Shown here: one piece after another, positions 23,778 to 35,232 of the stretch
Layout of the letters: each line of letters begins with the position of its first letter
Position numbering within the stretch: the first letter of the stretch is position 1
Source of the DNA: Octopus sinensis
Lineage: Eukaryota
Direction of reading: 5' to 3'
Length of the DNA stretch: 64,000 nucleotides
Assembly: GCF_006345805.1 (NCBI RefSeq)
Contig: NC_042999.1
Location: forward strand, 114,886,001 to 114,950,000
The notes under the pieces: generated by a model
What the model was told of the DNA's origin: nothing
Seen by the model: the letters and a program-made list of their open reading frames with translations, nothing else
Database searches by the model: none
Made by a program: the position numbers and the translations under genes

Positions 23778-26700
23778 TTAAATCCTTAAATCCTTAAAAA
23801 TGTTTTAGCCCGAAGGCCGCGGCCATGCTGGGGCACCACCGCTGAATGAGCTACACTAGTTTGTGAATCCACCTCTGATACGTGGCACTTGATCAACAAG
23901 GGAGTTCGATGCTGCTGCCCGCATCCGTGTCTCCTGTCGTGAGGTAGGTTCATCTGGGACTCCCAACAAGAAGAGATCCAGTTTAGTTTTAAAGAAACCT
24001 ACATCCACACCATGTAAGTCTCTCAGGCATTTAGGGAGGATGTTAAAGAGCTGTGGTCCTCTGAAACCAAGCTGTTGCAGTATCTGGACCTGTATTTTGA
24101 TGGTGATGTTGGAATCCTTGGCACCACGCAGCGGCGCCCCGTTCTGCGGTTGGAGTAACTTTGAATGCCAAAGTTTGGGACAAGACCCTCCAGGATTTTC
24201 CAGATGTATATCACTGCATATCTCTCCCGCCTCCGCTCCAGGGAGAAGAGGTTTAATACCTTCAGTCTTTCCCAGTAGCTGACATTTTGCATTGAGACGA
24301 TTTTCTTTGTGTAGCTTCTCTGAGTTGCTTCGAGTTCTGCTGTTTGTTTTATATTGTGTGGTGACCAAAGTTGGGAGCAGTAGTCCAAGCGGCTGAGGAC
24401 AATGTTTTCCATAGGACCATCAGTGTCTCCTTCTCTCTTGTTCTGAAAGTTCGGAGAATCCATCCAGCTAGCCGTCTGCATTTTATCACCAGATTAGCAA
24501 TATGCATTTGGAAAGATGCATCATTGCTCATGTCAATGCCCAGGTCACGCACTGATTTTGACTCAGGGATTGCAATTCTTCCTGGGCCAGTGTATCCAGT
24601 CTTCACGTCATTTACCTTTGTGTGCCAGTAGCGCAGGGCCTGGAACTTACCTGCATTAAACTGCATGTTGTTGTCCTCAGCCCACCTGTATATTGTGTCC
24701 AGCTCATGTTGCAGATGCGCAATATTTTCAGGGTTTTGTATTGCGTGGGAGACTTTTGTGTCATCTGCATAGCTAGCAAGGGTGGTCATCGTAGCAACTG
24801 AAGGCATGTCTGAAAGGGCCACTATGAACATCAGTGGCCCCAAGACAGTGCCCTGTGGGACACCGCTTGTTATTTGCGTTTCCCTGGAGGTGGCTCCATT
24901 GCTCACAACTGCCTGTTTTCTGTCTTTTAGGAAGTTGTGCAGCCACTCTCCAAGTTCCCGCCTATGCCGAGACCACGCAGTTGTGACAGATCATACCATG
25001 GTCGACTTTATCAAAGGCTTTTGCAAAGTCAAGATATATTACATCCACATTTGAGCCATTTAGTAGCTGTTTCAACACCCAGTCATAGTGTTGCAGGAGC
25101 TGTGTTAGGCAGCCTCTACCTGGTCGAAATCCATGCTGGGTGTCAGACAGTAAGTCATTTTCTTCAAGGAACATGATTAGTTTCTTACGGACTATTCGTT
25201 CCATGACTTTGCTGATGTGTGAGGTCAGAGAGATAGGCCTATAATTTTTAGCATCTGCTCTGCTACCTCCCTTATGGATAGGGCATATTACCCCCTCTTT
25301 CAGTTTGACTGGGAGCTTACCACTTGCAAGAAAGCTCTGAAAAAGAAGCTGTAGCGGTTTTGCAAGGGCTCGTTTGCACGATTTGAGAAGGATCGCTGGG
25401 AATCCATCAGGTCCAGCAGCTGAGTTTGTGTCAATCTCATCAATGGCTAGTGTGATATCATCTTCTTCGATGTTGATGTACTCAATTTTTGTCTCTTTGG
25501 TCGCTGGTAAAGTGGCAAAGAATTCTTCTGGGTTGTTTACTTGCCTGTGTCCTAGAGGTGTAGTGAACACACTTTGGAACTGTTCATTCAGTATTTCACT
25601 TATCCTCGTGGGATTTCCTGTGAGAGAGCCATCTTTTTGGAAGAGCGGTCCTATTCTCTGGTGCACTGTGGCTGTCTCTTTGGCAAACTTAAAGAAAGCT
25701 TTAGGGTTTGATTTTATATTTTCTATTACCCAAGCTCTTTATCTGCTCTCTCCTTTTCATGGGACTGATGTAGACTTTTCTCAGTTTCCATTAGCATTCT
25801 TTCGAGCCGAGACTTCTCACCACTTTTGGTGTGCTTGCTCAGGCGGTTTGCAATCCTTGTCCGTCGTCTCATAAGAATCCTCCTTTCTCTAGGGATCCTG
25901 TTTTTGTTCTTGTGTGTGCTGGCCCTGCACATTGGGACATATTGTCACATATGGCTTGTATTATGGACATGAAGTGTTTGTGTTTCATGTTTATGTCCGG
26001 TGTGGAGAGACATTCAGGCCAATCCTGTTTGAGGATCTCTTTCTCAATCGACTTCCAGTTGGCTTTATGAAAGTTTAAGTTGGAGAGATGGTGGGTGCTT
26101 CGTATAGGCTGTGTGTCTGCGGGGGCTTTTGTTCCATACATAGACAGCTCTATTATGTTGTGATCCGAGATCATTGTCGGCATCACATTAACATTATGGA
26201 TAATATCCATATTGTTTGTAAAGCAGAGATCCAGTATATTATCTGCCCTTGTTGGTTGCAGAACTATTTGCTCCATGAAAGAGGTATTTGTGAGATGGAG
26301 CAGGGACTCCACCTGTGCCTGCTGATGGTGTGTCATCCCTGGGAGCATCTGCCCCCCAGGCCATTCCACATTGGGGAGGTTAAAGTCACCCATGAAGAAT
26401 ACACTGTTGTGCTGTTCAAGGTTGGTGAGGACTCCTCCTATTTTTGTTAGGCAGTCTTCAAACATGCCTGAGTGTTTTGGGGCGTCTGGTGGGCGATATG
26501 TAGTGCATATGACGATATTCAGTTGTCTTATGTGTACAATTTGAGTTTCACATACTGAGTTTGAATATGACAGCAGGACCTGGGGCGTGAGGTCATCTCG
26601 GATGTACATTGCAACTCCACCATGGCTCCTCCCTTTTCTATCTGTGCGTATGACTGCATATTGCGGCATGTGTATTTCTGCATCACCTATATCGGGTTCA

Positions 26701-27060
26701 AGATGCGTTTCTGTGAGTGCCATGCATATAGCTTGATTGCATGTCACAAGGTCTCTCAGGAATGAAATTTTCTTTTTACAGTTTCCGCGCAGCAGCCCTC
26801 CTACATTCAGTAGAAATATTTTTGTGGTGTGTGTGTTGGTGTTGGTGTCTGTGGTGGCCATCCTGCATCTGTTGGAGGTGGCCTTATGTGGTGGTAGTTC
26901 CAGCTTTGTGCTTGTAGCCAGGTCAGCTGCTGAACAATTTTTTGTGCCATGCACAAAAAAGACTGCTGTTCAGCTGCCGCCCTTCTCACATCTGGGTGAA
27001 GCTGGCCACCTGTTGGGTTTCCGCGCACCACATCTGCATACCGTCTTTCAGTAGTGGTCA
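23775..27060 (-). mobile_element. Near full-length CR1-clade LINE: ORF1 C-terminus, whole ORF2 (APE endonuclease plus RT), 3' UTR, (TTTAAGGA)3 tail
   Basis: TETHL, GDFN, DLCF, SDH endonuclease motifs; YRPISLTS, DFAKAFD, GVPQG, YADD RT motifs. Confidence 0.95.
23856..26860 (-). pseudogene. CR1 ORF2 endonuclease/reverse transcriptase as assembled (six 1-bp frameshifts, no in-frame stops)
   Basis: ORF track segments join into one reading frame when a base is restored at about 25942, 25732, 24981, 24955, 24401 and 24067. Confidence 0.85.
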
Positions 27061-27064
27061 GTGC

Positions 27065-27160
27065 GCTTTTTTCCCTTCTTTTAACTTTTTGTTTTCCGCA
27101 AGGAAAATAACAGCTTTTTTCCCTTCTTTTAACTTTTTATTTTCCGCAAGGAAAATAACA
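27065..27160. repeat. 48-bp tandem duplication at the CR1 5' junction
   Basis: gcttttttcccttcttttaacttttt(g/a)ttttccgcaaggaaaataaca x2, one mismatch. Confidence 0.95.
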
Positions 27161-27334
27161 GCTGAAACTAATTTAGTACATGGGTAATTATTTTATTTCG
27201 TATATTTTTCACTTGTTTATTGCTATGGTTTTGTGTTGAGTTTGATCTGAGAACATAATCTTTTGTGGTGAATGGCGATTTGACGTCTATATCTAGCATG
27301 TTGACTGTCCACTTTTCGTGTTCAGTCCTTAATT

Positions 27335-27394
<60 letters not shown>

Positions 27395-27397
27395 ATA

Positions 27398-27547
27398 TAC
27401 GACGGGATTCTTTCAGTTTCCATCTACCAAATCCCCTCACAAGGCTTTGGTCGGCCCGAGTAGTAGACAGTTGCCCTAGGTGTCATGCAGTCGGACTGAA
27501 CCCGAAGCCATGTTGTTGGAGAAGCAAGTTTCTTACCACACAGCCGC
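27398..27547 (-). mobile_element. SINE family 1, 5' part
   Basis: ttctttcagtttccatctaccaaatcc...ttaccacacagcc. Confidence 0.8.
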
Positions 27548-27829
27548 TCTACATTTCCCAATCTTTCCCCACACCCTAGTGCATCACTCCTTTTGAATTT
27601 TTCTAACTTAGAGGATTTAAAACTCTACATTGTCTCATTTCTCTCCTGTTAACTTTTTTTCTGAAAAAGGGCTCTATCCGAAACGTTAGATTTTCCACCC
27701 TGTACCTCAAGTTCACTATTTACTTTTTATCGATTTTGCTAAATAATACAAGTCTTGCCGACACAGAACAACACCAGTTTCTTCGGAGTCTGTTTCATTG
27801 TATAGACACACATACATATACATATTATG

Positions 27830-28600
27830 TACATATATACATATGTATTATCATATACACATATACATATGTTTATATGCGCACACACATTTTACCCTCG
27901 TTCTGGTCTAACGACCCTCCATGTTTGTTTTCGCTCGGTTTCCTTGTATGTCTCCAATGTCCTGTTTTTGTTCCCAACTTTGACCCTCCATAAATCCAAA
28001 ATTTTATTTTGGTACTTATGGGAGCAATTGTCTTCGAAGACTCATATTGTCGTTTAATGCTCGAAATGAGGAGTAGATAGATAGTCCACAACAGATGAAT
28101 GATCGTTATTTATGTTACTTGTCCTGTTTTCCATTTGTTTCTCTCGTTGTTTGCGTATTGAAATCATTTGTTTTCGTATTCCATGTTATTTTCTGTTGGT
28201 GACGTCCTGTACCCATAAATGCGTATGTATGTATGTATGTATGTATGTATGTATGTATGTATAATTTATATTATTGTTTGATTGAACCCCACGCATTTAT
28301 TTCCAAGTAAGTTTATCTTAATTTTTTTGATGCAACTCGATTCAATACTGTTTCCTCCCCATCTTTTTCTCTCCTTCACCGTTTTCTATCTGTCTCTCTC
28401 CCCCTTTCTCTGTTTCTCTCTTCTTTTCTTCACGTGATCATCTTCCTTTTCCTTCAGGACTGTCTTAAGGACTAGACGTATTCAACCTCTCTTTTCTATC
28501 TTTTCCCTTTTCAAAGAAAATATTTCTCCCGCATTCGCTATTTTACCCTCGTTCTATATATATATATATATATTAGGGGACTTACTGATATCGAAGCAGT
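27830..28600. repeat. Unclassified interspersed repeat, homologous in part to 48040-48990
   Basis: Shared segments (gcaattgtcttcgaag...aatgctcgaaat; ttgtcctgttttccatttg; gtcctgtacccata). Confidence 0.5.
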
Positions 28601-28850
28601 TGTTTATAGTTATTCTACTCACAGATTTTCTAAGAGATGTTTATATCGTCAAGGCATCTTAACTTCTTTGTCTGTACATAACCTTTCTTTTCAGTTCCAA
28701 ATAACTATGTCACATCTGTTATGTTGGCACTTGGTAGAAGCTTTGATGAGAATGTTCCACCAATATTCCTTGTGCTGATATATGTGTTTTTCCTAGCGAT
28801 GTTTTTGTTTATATTTATCCCAATTAGTCATTTCTGTAAATAGCTTTGTA

Positions 28851-30114
28851 TTGGATCATCCCATAACGTGGGGTTTTTTTTTCAATTGCATGAAATAAAA
28901 GTCGGAGGGAGGCAGGATAAACTACCTACATTAACTTGCTATAAAAGCAGGGGGTAATTTTTCCTTGTCCTTATTCGTAGTGCAAATTTTGAAGGGTGCA
29001 ATTCGATTTTAACAGTTACTTTTTCAAAGCTCTAATGGAAGTGACAAAGGATCATATTCGGCATATTTTGCTTTATGAGTTCAATAAAGGCAACAACGCA
29101 ACGAGGAATATTAATGCAGTATATGAGAATAGGACAATAAGCGTAAGCCAGTTTGAACGGTGGTTCCAGAATTTTCAACCTGGAAATTACAGCCTAGAAG
29201 ACGAGCCTCGTCCTGGAAGACTTGTAGAGCTCAACGAGGACATTCTGCAAAACCTTGTGGAACAAAATCCCATCGTAACTGTTGAAGAACTAGCAGAGAA
29301 GCTTGCATTTGGTCATTCACCTATTCATCAACACCTGCGTGCCATCGGAAGTCAGAAAATTGGGTCAATGGGTTCATCACAAACTTTCCGAGTCTAATCG
29401 CACGCAGAGAGTGAATGTGTACTCTTCTTTGCTGTCACGTCTCACGAATGAACCTTTTTTGCACCGAATATTGACTGGTGACGAGAAATGGGTTCTCTAT
29501 AAAAATGTCAAACGTTGAAGACAGTGAGTAAGGAAAGGAGAAAAACTGGCACCCAAGGCTAAAGAAGGTCTTCACTCGTTTAAGGTGTTGTTATCTGTTT
29601 GATGGGATATGAAAGGCTTAATCCACTTTGAACTTTTAAACCCCAAGCCAGATGGTAACAAAGATCTACTGCGAGCAGCTTGAGCGGCTTAAGTCAGCGC
29701 TAGAAGGGAAGCGACCATCCTTGGTTTCATGGTGAAAGGTGTTCTTCCATCAGGATAATGCTCAGCCACATACAGCGAGGATGACATTCCAAAGGCTGGA
29801 GCAGTTTGAATAGGAAACGATTCCCTACCCACCATATTTGCTGGACATCGCCCCTTCTGATTATCATTTATTCCGCAGTCTTCAAAATCATTTGAACAGA
29901 AAAATATGAATTCTGTAGATAAGGTAAGAACCGTACTGGAGGACTATTTTTCGTCATGGACAAGGGAATTTTGGAAGAGGGGTCTTGCAAATCTGGAAGG
30001 GCATTGTAGAAAATGAAGGAGAGTATATTTTAGATTTAAAAAGGAATTTGTATATCTTAATTTTGAAAAATAATAGAAGTATTAAAAAATTGCATTATTT
30101 ATGGGATGACCCAA
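28851..30114 (+). mobile_element. Full-span mariner (DD34D-type) element, inactivated
   Basis: TA-flanked TIRs ttggatcatcccataa / ttatgggatgacccaa; TGDEKW, HQDNAQPH, IAPSDYHLF motifs; 1264 bp. Confidence 0.92.
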
Positions 30115-30397
30115 TATATTGTTTTAGTACCAATGTCATGTCGCGGTGGGAAATGATACCTTAATAACATTAGGACAACAGCTGGTTATATGTGATACCC
30201 GCCACAGAAATGTGGAATAATCGACACTTGCGGTTCGCATTCTCGTGTATTTCTGAAAAATTTAGAAGCTACTTCCTGCTCAAGGACTGCGAAACTATAC
30301 TCTTCAAGACGTAGTGCGAGGTCTGCGGTCGCGAATTCAGGGAAAATTACACTTCGTATAAGTATTGTCATCTTTTTCTAGTTCACGGTAAATACGC

Positions 30398-30625
30398 AAG
30401 GCCTGTGGCCTCATAATTAGCGTGCAAAATCGCGAGATCGTGGGTTCTATTCCCGGACCGGGTAATGCGTTGCGTTCATGAGCAAAACACTTCATCTATT
30501 TGTTCTGTGATCACTTCGACATCTGGCGTGTATCAAACCGTGCACCTGTACAAACAACATCTATTTGATGGAGAGAGTGCAGAACAAACATTTAAACTCA
30601 ATAAACAAATCACCTGTGCAGGTTG
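30398..30625 (+). mobile_element. tRNA-derived SINE, family 3 (diverged)
   Basis: gtgggttctattcccggacc B-box-like; gttcatgagcaaaacact core similar to 58141-58420. Confidence 0.55.
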
Positions 30626-30977
30626 TTCATATAATATAATATAATATAATATAAAATAATATAATATAATATAATATAATATGATATAGTATAATATAAT
30701 ATAATATATATATAATATATATATATAATATACATGTGTGTGTGTGTGTGAATGTATATATATACATGTGTGTGTCTATGTATGTACAAGCATGCATATT
30801 TGCATATTCATTCACGTGCAGGTAACATGCACACCCACAAAGAAACAGTACAAACGTATATAAATACGTGGATATAATTGTATGTATCTACATATATGCA
30901 TATGAAGACACTTTACATGTGCACAAATATATGTGTGTGTGCGCGCATATGTGTGTTTATGCATTATGTACGTACAT

Positions 30978-31042
<65 letters not shown>

Positions 31043-31299
31043 CACATGTATATATATATACATATATATATATACATGCATATATATACATATATATATA
31101 TACACATGCATACTCAGGGACATGCATGTTTGTGTGTGTGTGTGTGTGTTTGTGCGCGCTTGCGTGTTTGTGTGTGCTTGCGTGCTTGTCATATATTTTC
31201 ATTCACTGGCTTGCACTGGTATGTCTATTCTGCAGAGCAGTGAGAGAAATAAATAAAGAAACGTATATGAAATAATACAAGAAAGAAAGAAAGAAAGAG

Positions 31300-31353
<54 letters not shown>

Positions 31354-31968
31354 TAAAAAAAAATGAAAACCGTATAATAAAAGAAAACCAACAAAGAAAA
31401 GAAGTATGTATAGTTGTGACCGGCACAGTAGTAGATTTAATCAAAATCTGTTGATGGTGATATCATGATGGATAGCTTTGTTTCCTAGGAGAGGACATAG
31501 ATTTAGTATTTGATTATTTAGAGTAAAGCACGACCTACAGTTGCAGCCAAAAAGAGTCCTGCTGAAATCAACCGCCGCTCCTAAAGCAGAGGGTGTGTCA
31601 TATTTATTATCTGAAAGCTAAACATATTTCAAAGCCTCGGAACAATTTTAAACGTCGCCATAGCTTTTGATAAAAATATTAAAAAGTTTTTATTTATGTT
31701 GTACTTAGATCACATTAAATCATATACTATATCATGTTTGGACTGAATAATGCCTTGTATTCTTCGAGATTTATTTTTGTTTACATGTGTGTGTGTGTGT
31801 GTGTGTGTTGTGTGTGTGTGTGTGTATTGTTTTGGTTAGTTTTGTTTTCTGAATGATCAATGAATCTTTTTTTTTTTTTTCTTTTCAGCTTTACCTCTAA
31901 GAAACATGCCGAAATCTAAAAACTCTTGAAGATTATTATTATTATTATTATCATTATTATTATTATCA

Positions 31969-32030
<62 letters not shown>

Positions 32031-32482
32031 GCGTATTCTAAGACATCCTCCCTTCACGTTCCCACTTCCCGCCTTTACCATTTAGGCGGTATATTGAGTA
32101 ACGGTGTCGTTGACTCAGTAGAAAAACAAAAGAATAGGAATATGTAATATATATATATGTGTGTGTGTGTACATGTGTATGTGTACGTGTGTGTGTGTAC
32201 GTGTGTGTGCATGTGCGTGCGTGTGGATGTATGTATGCATATATACATGTATATATGTATGCATTTATATGTATGTATATATGTATGTTTTTCGTTTGCT
32301 AGTTTTTTTATGTAGCTTTCATAGCATTTCAGGCTCATATCACTTACGGTGTGTTAAAGAAAAGACATATGAAATGAAAATTCTGTTTGAGAACATCACT
32401 TGATCTTAACTAACTCAATATTAGAGCCGCTCTTAATTTCTCTTGGTTGAAGTGTAATGCTATAATATTTGCACCTTTAAAA

Positions 32483-33262
32483 AGGCAGCGAGCTGGCAGA
32501 AACGTTAGCACGCCGGGCGAAATGCGTAGCCGTATTTCATCTGCCGTTACGTTCTGAGTTCAAATTCTGCCGAGGTCGACTTTGCCTTTCATCCTTTCGG
32601 GGTCGATTAAATAAGTTCCAGTTACGCACTGGGGTCGATATAATCGACTTAATCAGTTTGTCTGTCCTTGTTTATCCCCTCTGTGTCTAGCCCCTTGTGG
32701 GTAGTAAAGAAATAGGTATTTCGTCAGGCGTTACGTTCTGAGTTCAAATTCCGCCGAGGTCGACTTTGCCTTTCATCCTTTCGGGGTCGATTAAATAAGT
32801 TCCAGTTACGCACTGGGGTCGATATAATCGACTTAATCAGTTTGTCTGTCCTTGTTTGTCCCCTCTGTGTCTAGCCCCTTGTGGGTAGTAAAGAAATAGG
32901 TATTTTGTCAGGCGTTACGTTCTGAGTTCAAATTCCGCCGAGGTCGACTTTGCCTTTCACCCTTTCGGGGTCGATAAATTAAGTACCACTTATGCACTGG
33001 GGTCGGTCTAATCGACTTAATCCGTTTGTCTGTTCTTGTTTATCCCCTCTCTGTTAAGCCCCTTAAGAAATAAGAAACTTTAGCACGCCGGGCGAAATGC
33101 TTAGCGGTATTTCGTCTGTATTTATGTTCAAATCCCGCCGAGATCGACTCTGCTTTTCATCCTTTCGGGATCGATAAATTAAGTACCAGTTGCGTACTGG
33201 GTTTTATCTAATCGACTAGCCCCTCCCCAAAAATTTCGGGTCTTGTGCCTAGAGTAGAAAAG
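32483..33262 (+). mobile_element. SINE family 2 concatemer (three 184-bp tailA units plus a terminal tailB unit) with 19-bp TSD
   Basis: gttacgttctgag at 32546, 32730, 32914; aatattt(g/a)cacctttaaaa at 32464-32482 and 33263-33281. Confidence 0.9.
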
Positions 33263-34029
33263 AATATTTACACCTTTAAAAGATAGGAAAGAAGTTGAAA
33301 ACATTTTCTTCACTACAGCTTTCTAATTTACTCAGACACGTAATACTCGCCTCTTCACCACCACAATAATTGAAGTCGCGAAATCGAATTTCATTTTGGT
33401 GATTGACTTCTTGCCAACATCTACAAATATCGAGCAGTCGGCCACTAAACCGGCAACTCGACAGAGCTTACTCTATTAGGAGGATGTTTTTCTTCCTATT
33501 TGGCTACCCTACAGAATGAAAACAAGACCTGTCTGAGGGCGGATAAACTGTGAGGTGTCAACAGCGATCCAAATACTATTTCTTTATTAATAGTGCTACA
33601 GATGAAGATATTACCACTTAGGAGAGCAGTAATAAAAATTATGAATACTCCGAAGACAAAAAATAACAGAGAATGTTTTCATGGGAATAAATCTAGTATA
33701 GAGGAAAAGCGTCTCTTTAATTTTGGCTGTCACCCCCCCCCCCCCAAAGATGACAAGAAAATACTGGTAGTTGTGACGCCTCACTAACATAATCCTCTTT
33801 ATGCGTGACATGCAAAATAAAAATTATCACGAGTGCATTCATGAGACCCGAAGCCCGAGCGAAGGTCTCTCGCAGGGCTAGTGTTTACTGCACAGCAGAG
33901 TGGACCTGATCAATATCCAAACACTGCTACAAGGATTAGGAGAAAATCAACTAAAAAAAATAATAATAAAAGTGTAATGGAATGTTGATGATGATACTAC
34001 TACTACAAATAATAATAATGGTGATGATA

Positions 34030-34062
<33 letters not shown>

Positions 34063-34071
34063 GTGATGATG

Positions 34072-34121
<50 letters not shown>

Positions 34122-34123
<2 letters not shown>

Positions 34124-35100
34124 AATCAAGAAGGTATCATACTCAGTAACAAAACAGACAAAGGAATATCTAAGTGAATTCCAAATACAAGAAATCCCAG
34201 TATTAGATGTGCTGGAAACAAGCACAGGAAAAAGCTAAGCGTATGAAAACCCGTGCTAAAACTGCTGCCTTAGATATTCTTATTGATAAATGGCAAGAAA
34301 AACCTCTCAATAGCAAATATCCAAAGCGACCTAATAATGCCGATGTTGACAAAGCCCGTACCCATTAATGGTTAGTGTCTTCTGGCTTAAAATCAGAAAC
34401 AGAAGGTTTATCATAGCAGCCAAGATCAATGTCTACCTACAAGGAACTACCAGGCCAACATATTAAAGAACGACAGTAGCCCAACATGTCGTGTATGTCA
34501 ACAACAAAATGAAACCATTGATCATGTTGTCTCCATGTGCAGTCTTCTTGAAAATGATCACATCTCACTCCTCTAGAACTTCACCGTTCAAACTGATAGA
34601 AAGATAGATGCGAATAGGCCTGACATTATATTGACATGCCTGCTCATTGATATGACTATCCCAGTCGACATAAATGTATCTGTCAAGACCTACCAAAAAC
34701 TGAGCACGTATAAAGATCTGGAAATAGAAATTGGCAAAATGTGGAACCTCAAAACTAAAACAATACCTGTTATCTAGGTGCCCTAGGAATGATAGCAAAA
34801 GGGGCTGATTTCTACCTAGCTCAGATACCAAGAATCTCCAAAATGGCAGACATTCAAAAGATAGTGTTTATCGGAACTGCTCATGTCCTACGTAAAATAT
34901 TGTCTAGATAATCTCAAATTTTAAAACAAACTTATAATTTTTTTATGTTTTCTTAAACATTCTCTAGAACAATACTATGTACAAAACCAAATATATCACA
35001 TCCTAGGCATAATACCAACTTGAACTTCTAACTTGTTATCTCTTGAGGTTTCTAGGTGAGACTTGGAGCCAACCTGTACAAATACGAAACAAAAGTCAAA
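34122..35100 (+). mobile_element. R4/Dong-clade LINE 3' remnant with 3' UTR
   Basis: WLVSSGLKSETEG, CRVCQQQNETIDHVVSMC finger, DRKIDANRPDII, YKDLEIEIGKMW. Confidence 0.88.
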
Positions 35101-35117
35101 CATATAAGAAGAAATCT

Positions 35118-35232
35118 GAAATTTTGGTGAGAGGGCTGCTGATTTCATCGGTCCCAGTGCTCAATTGGTATTTATTTTGTCGACCCCAAAAAGGATGAAA
35201 AGGTAAGACGACCTCGGTAGAATTTGAATGTA
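35118..35232 (-). mobile_element. SINE family 2 partial
   Basis: tcgaccccaaaaaggatgaaaaggtaagacgacctcgg core in reverse. Confidence 0.65.

Noticed and set aside
32483-33262. Regular repeats as a CRISPR array or satellite
   Set aside because: Units are SINE bodies without unique spacers
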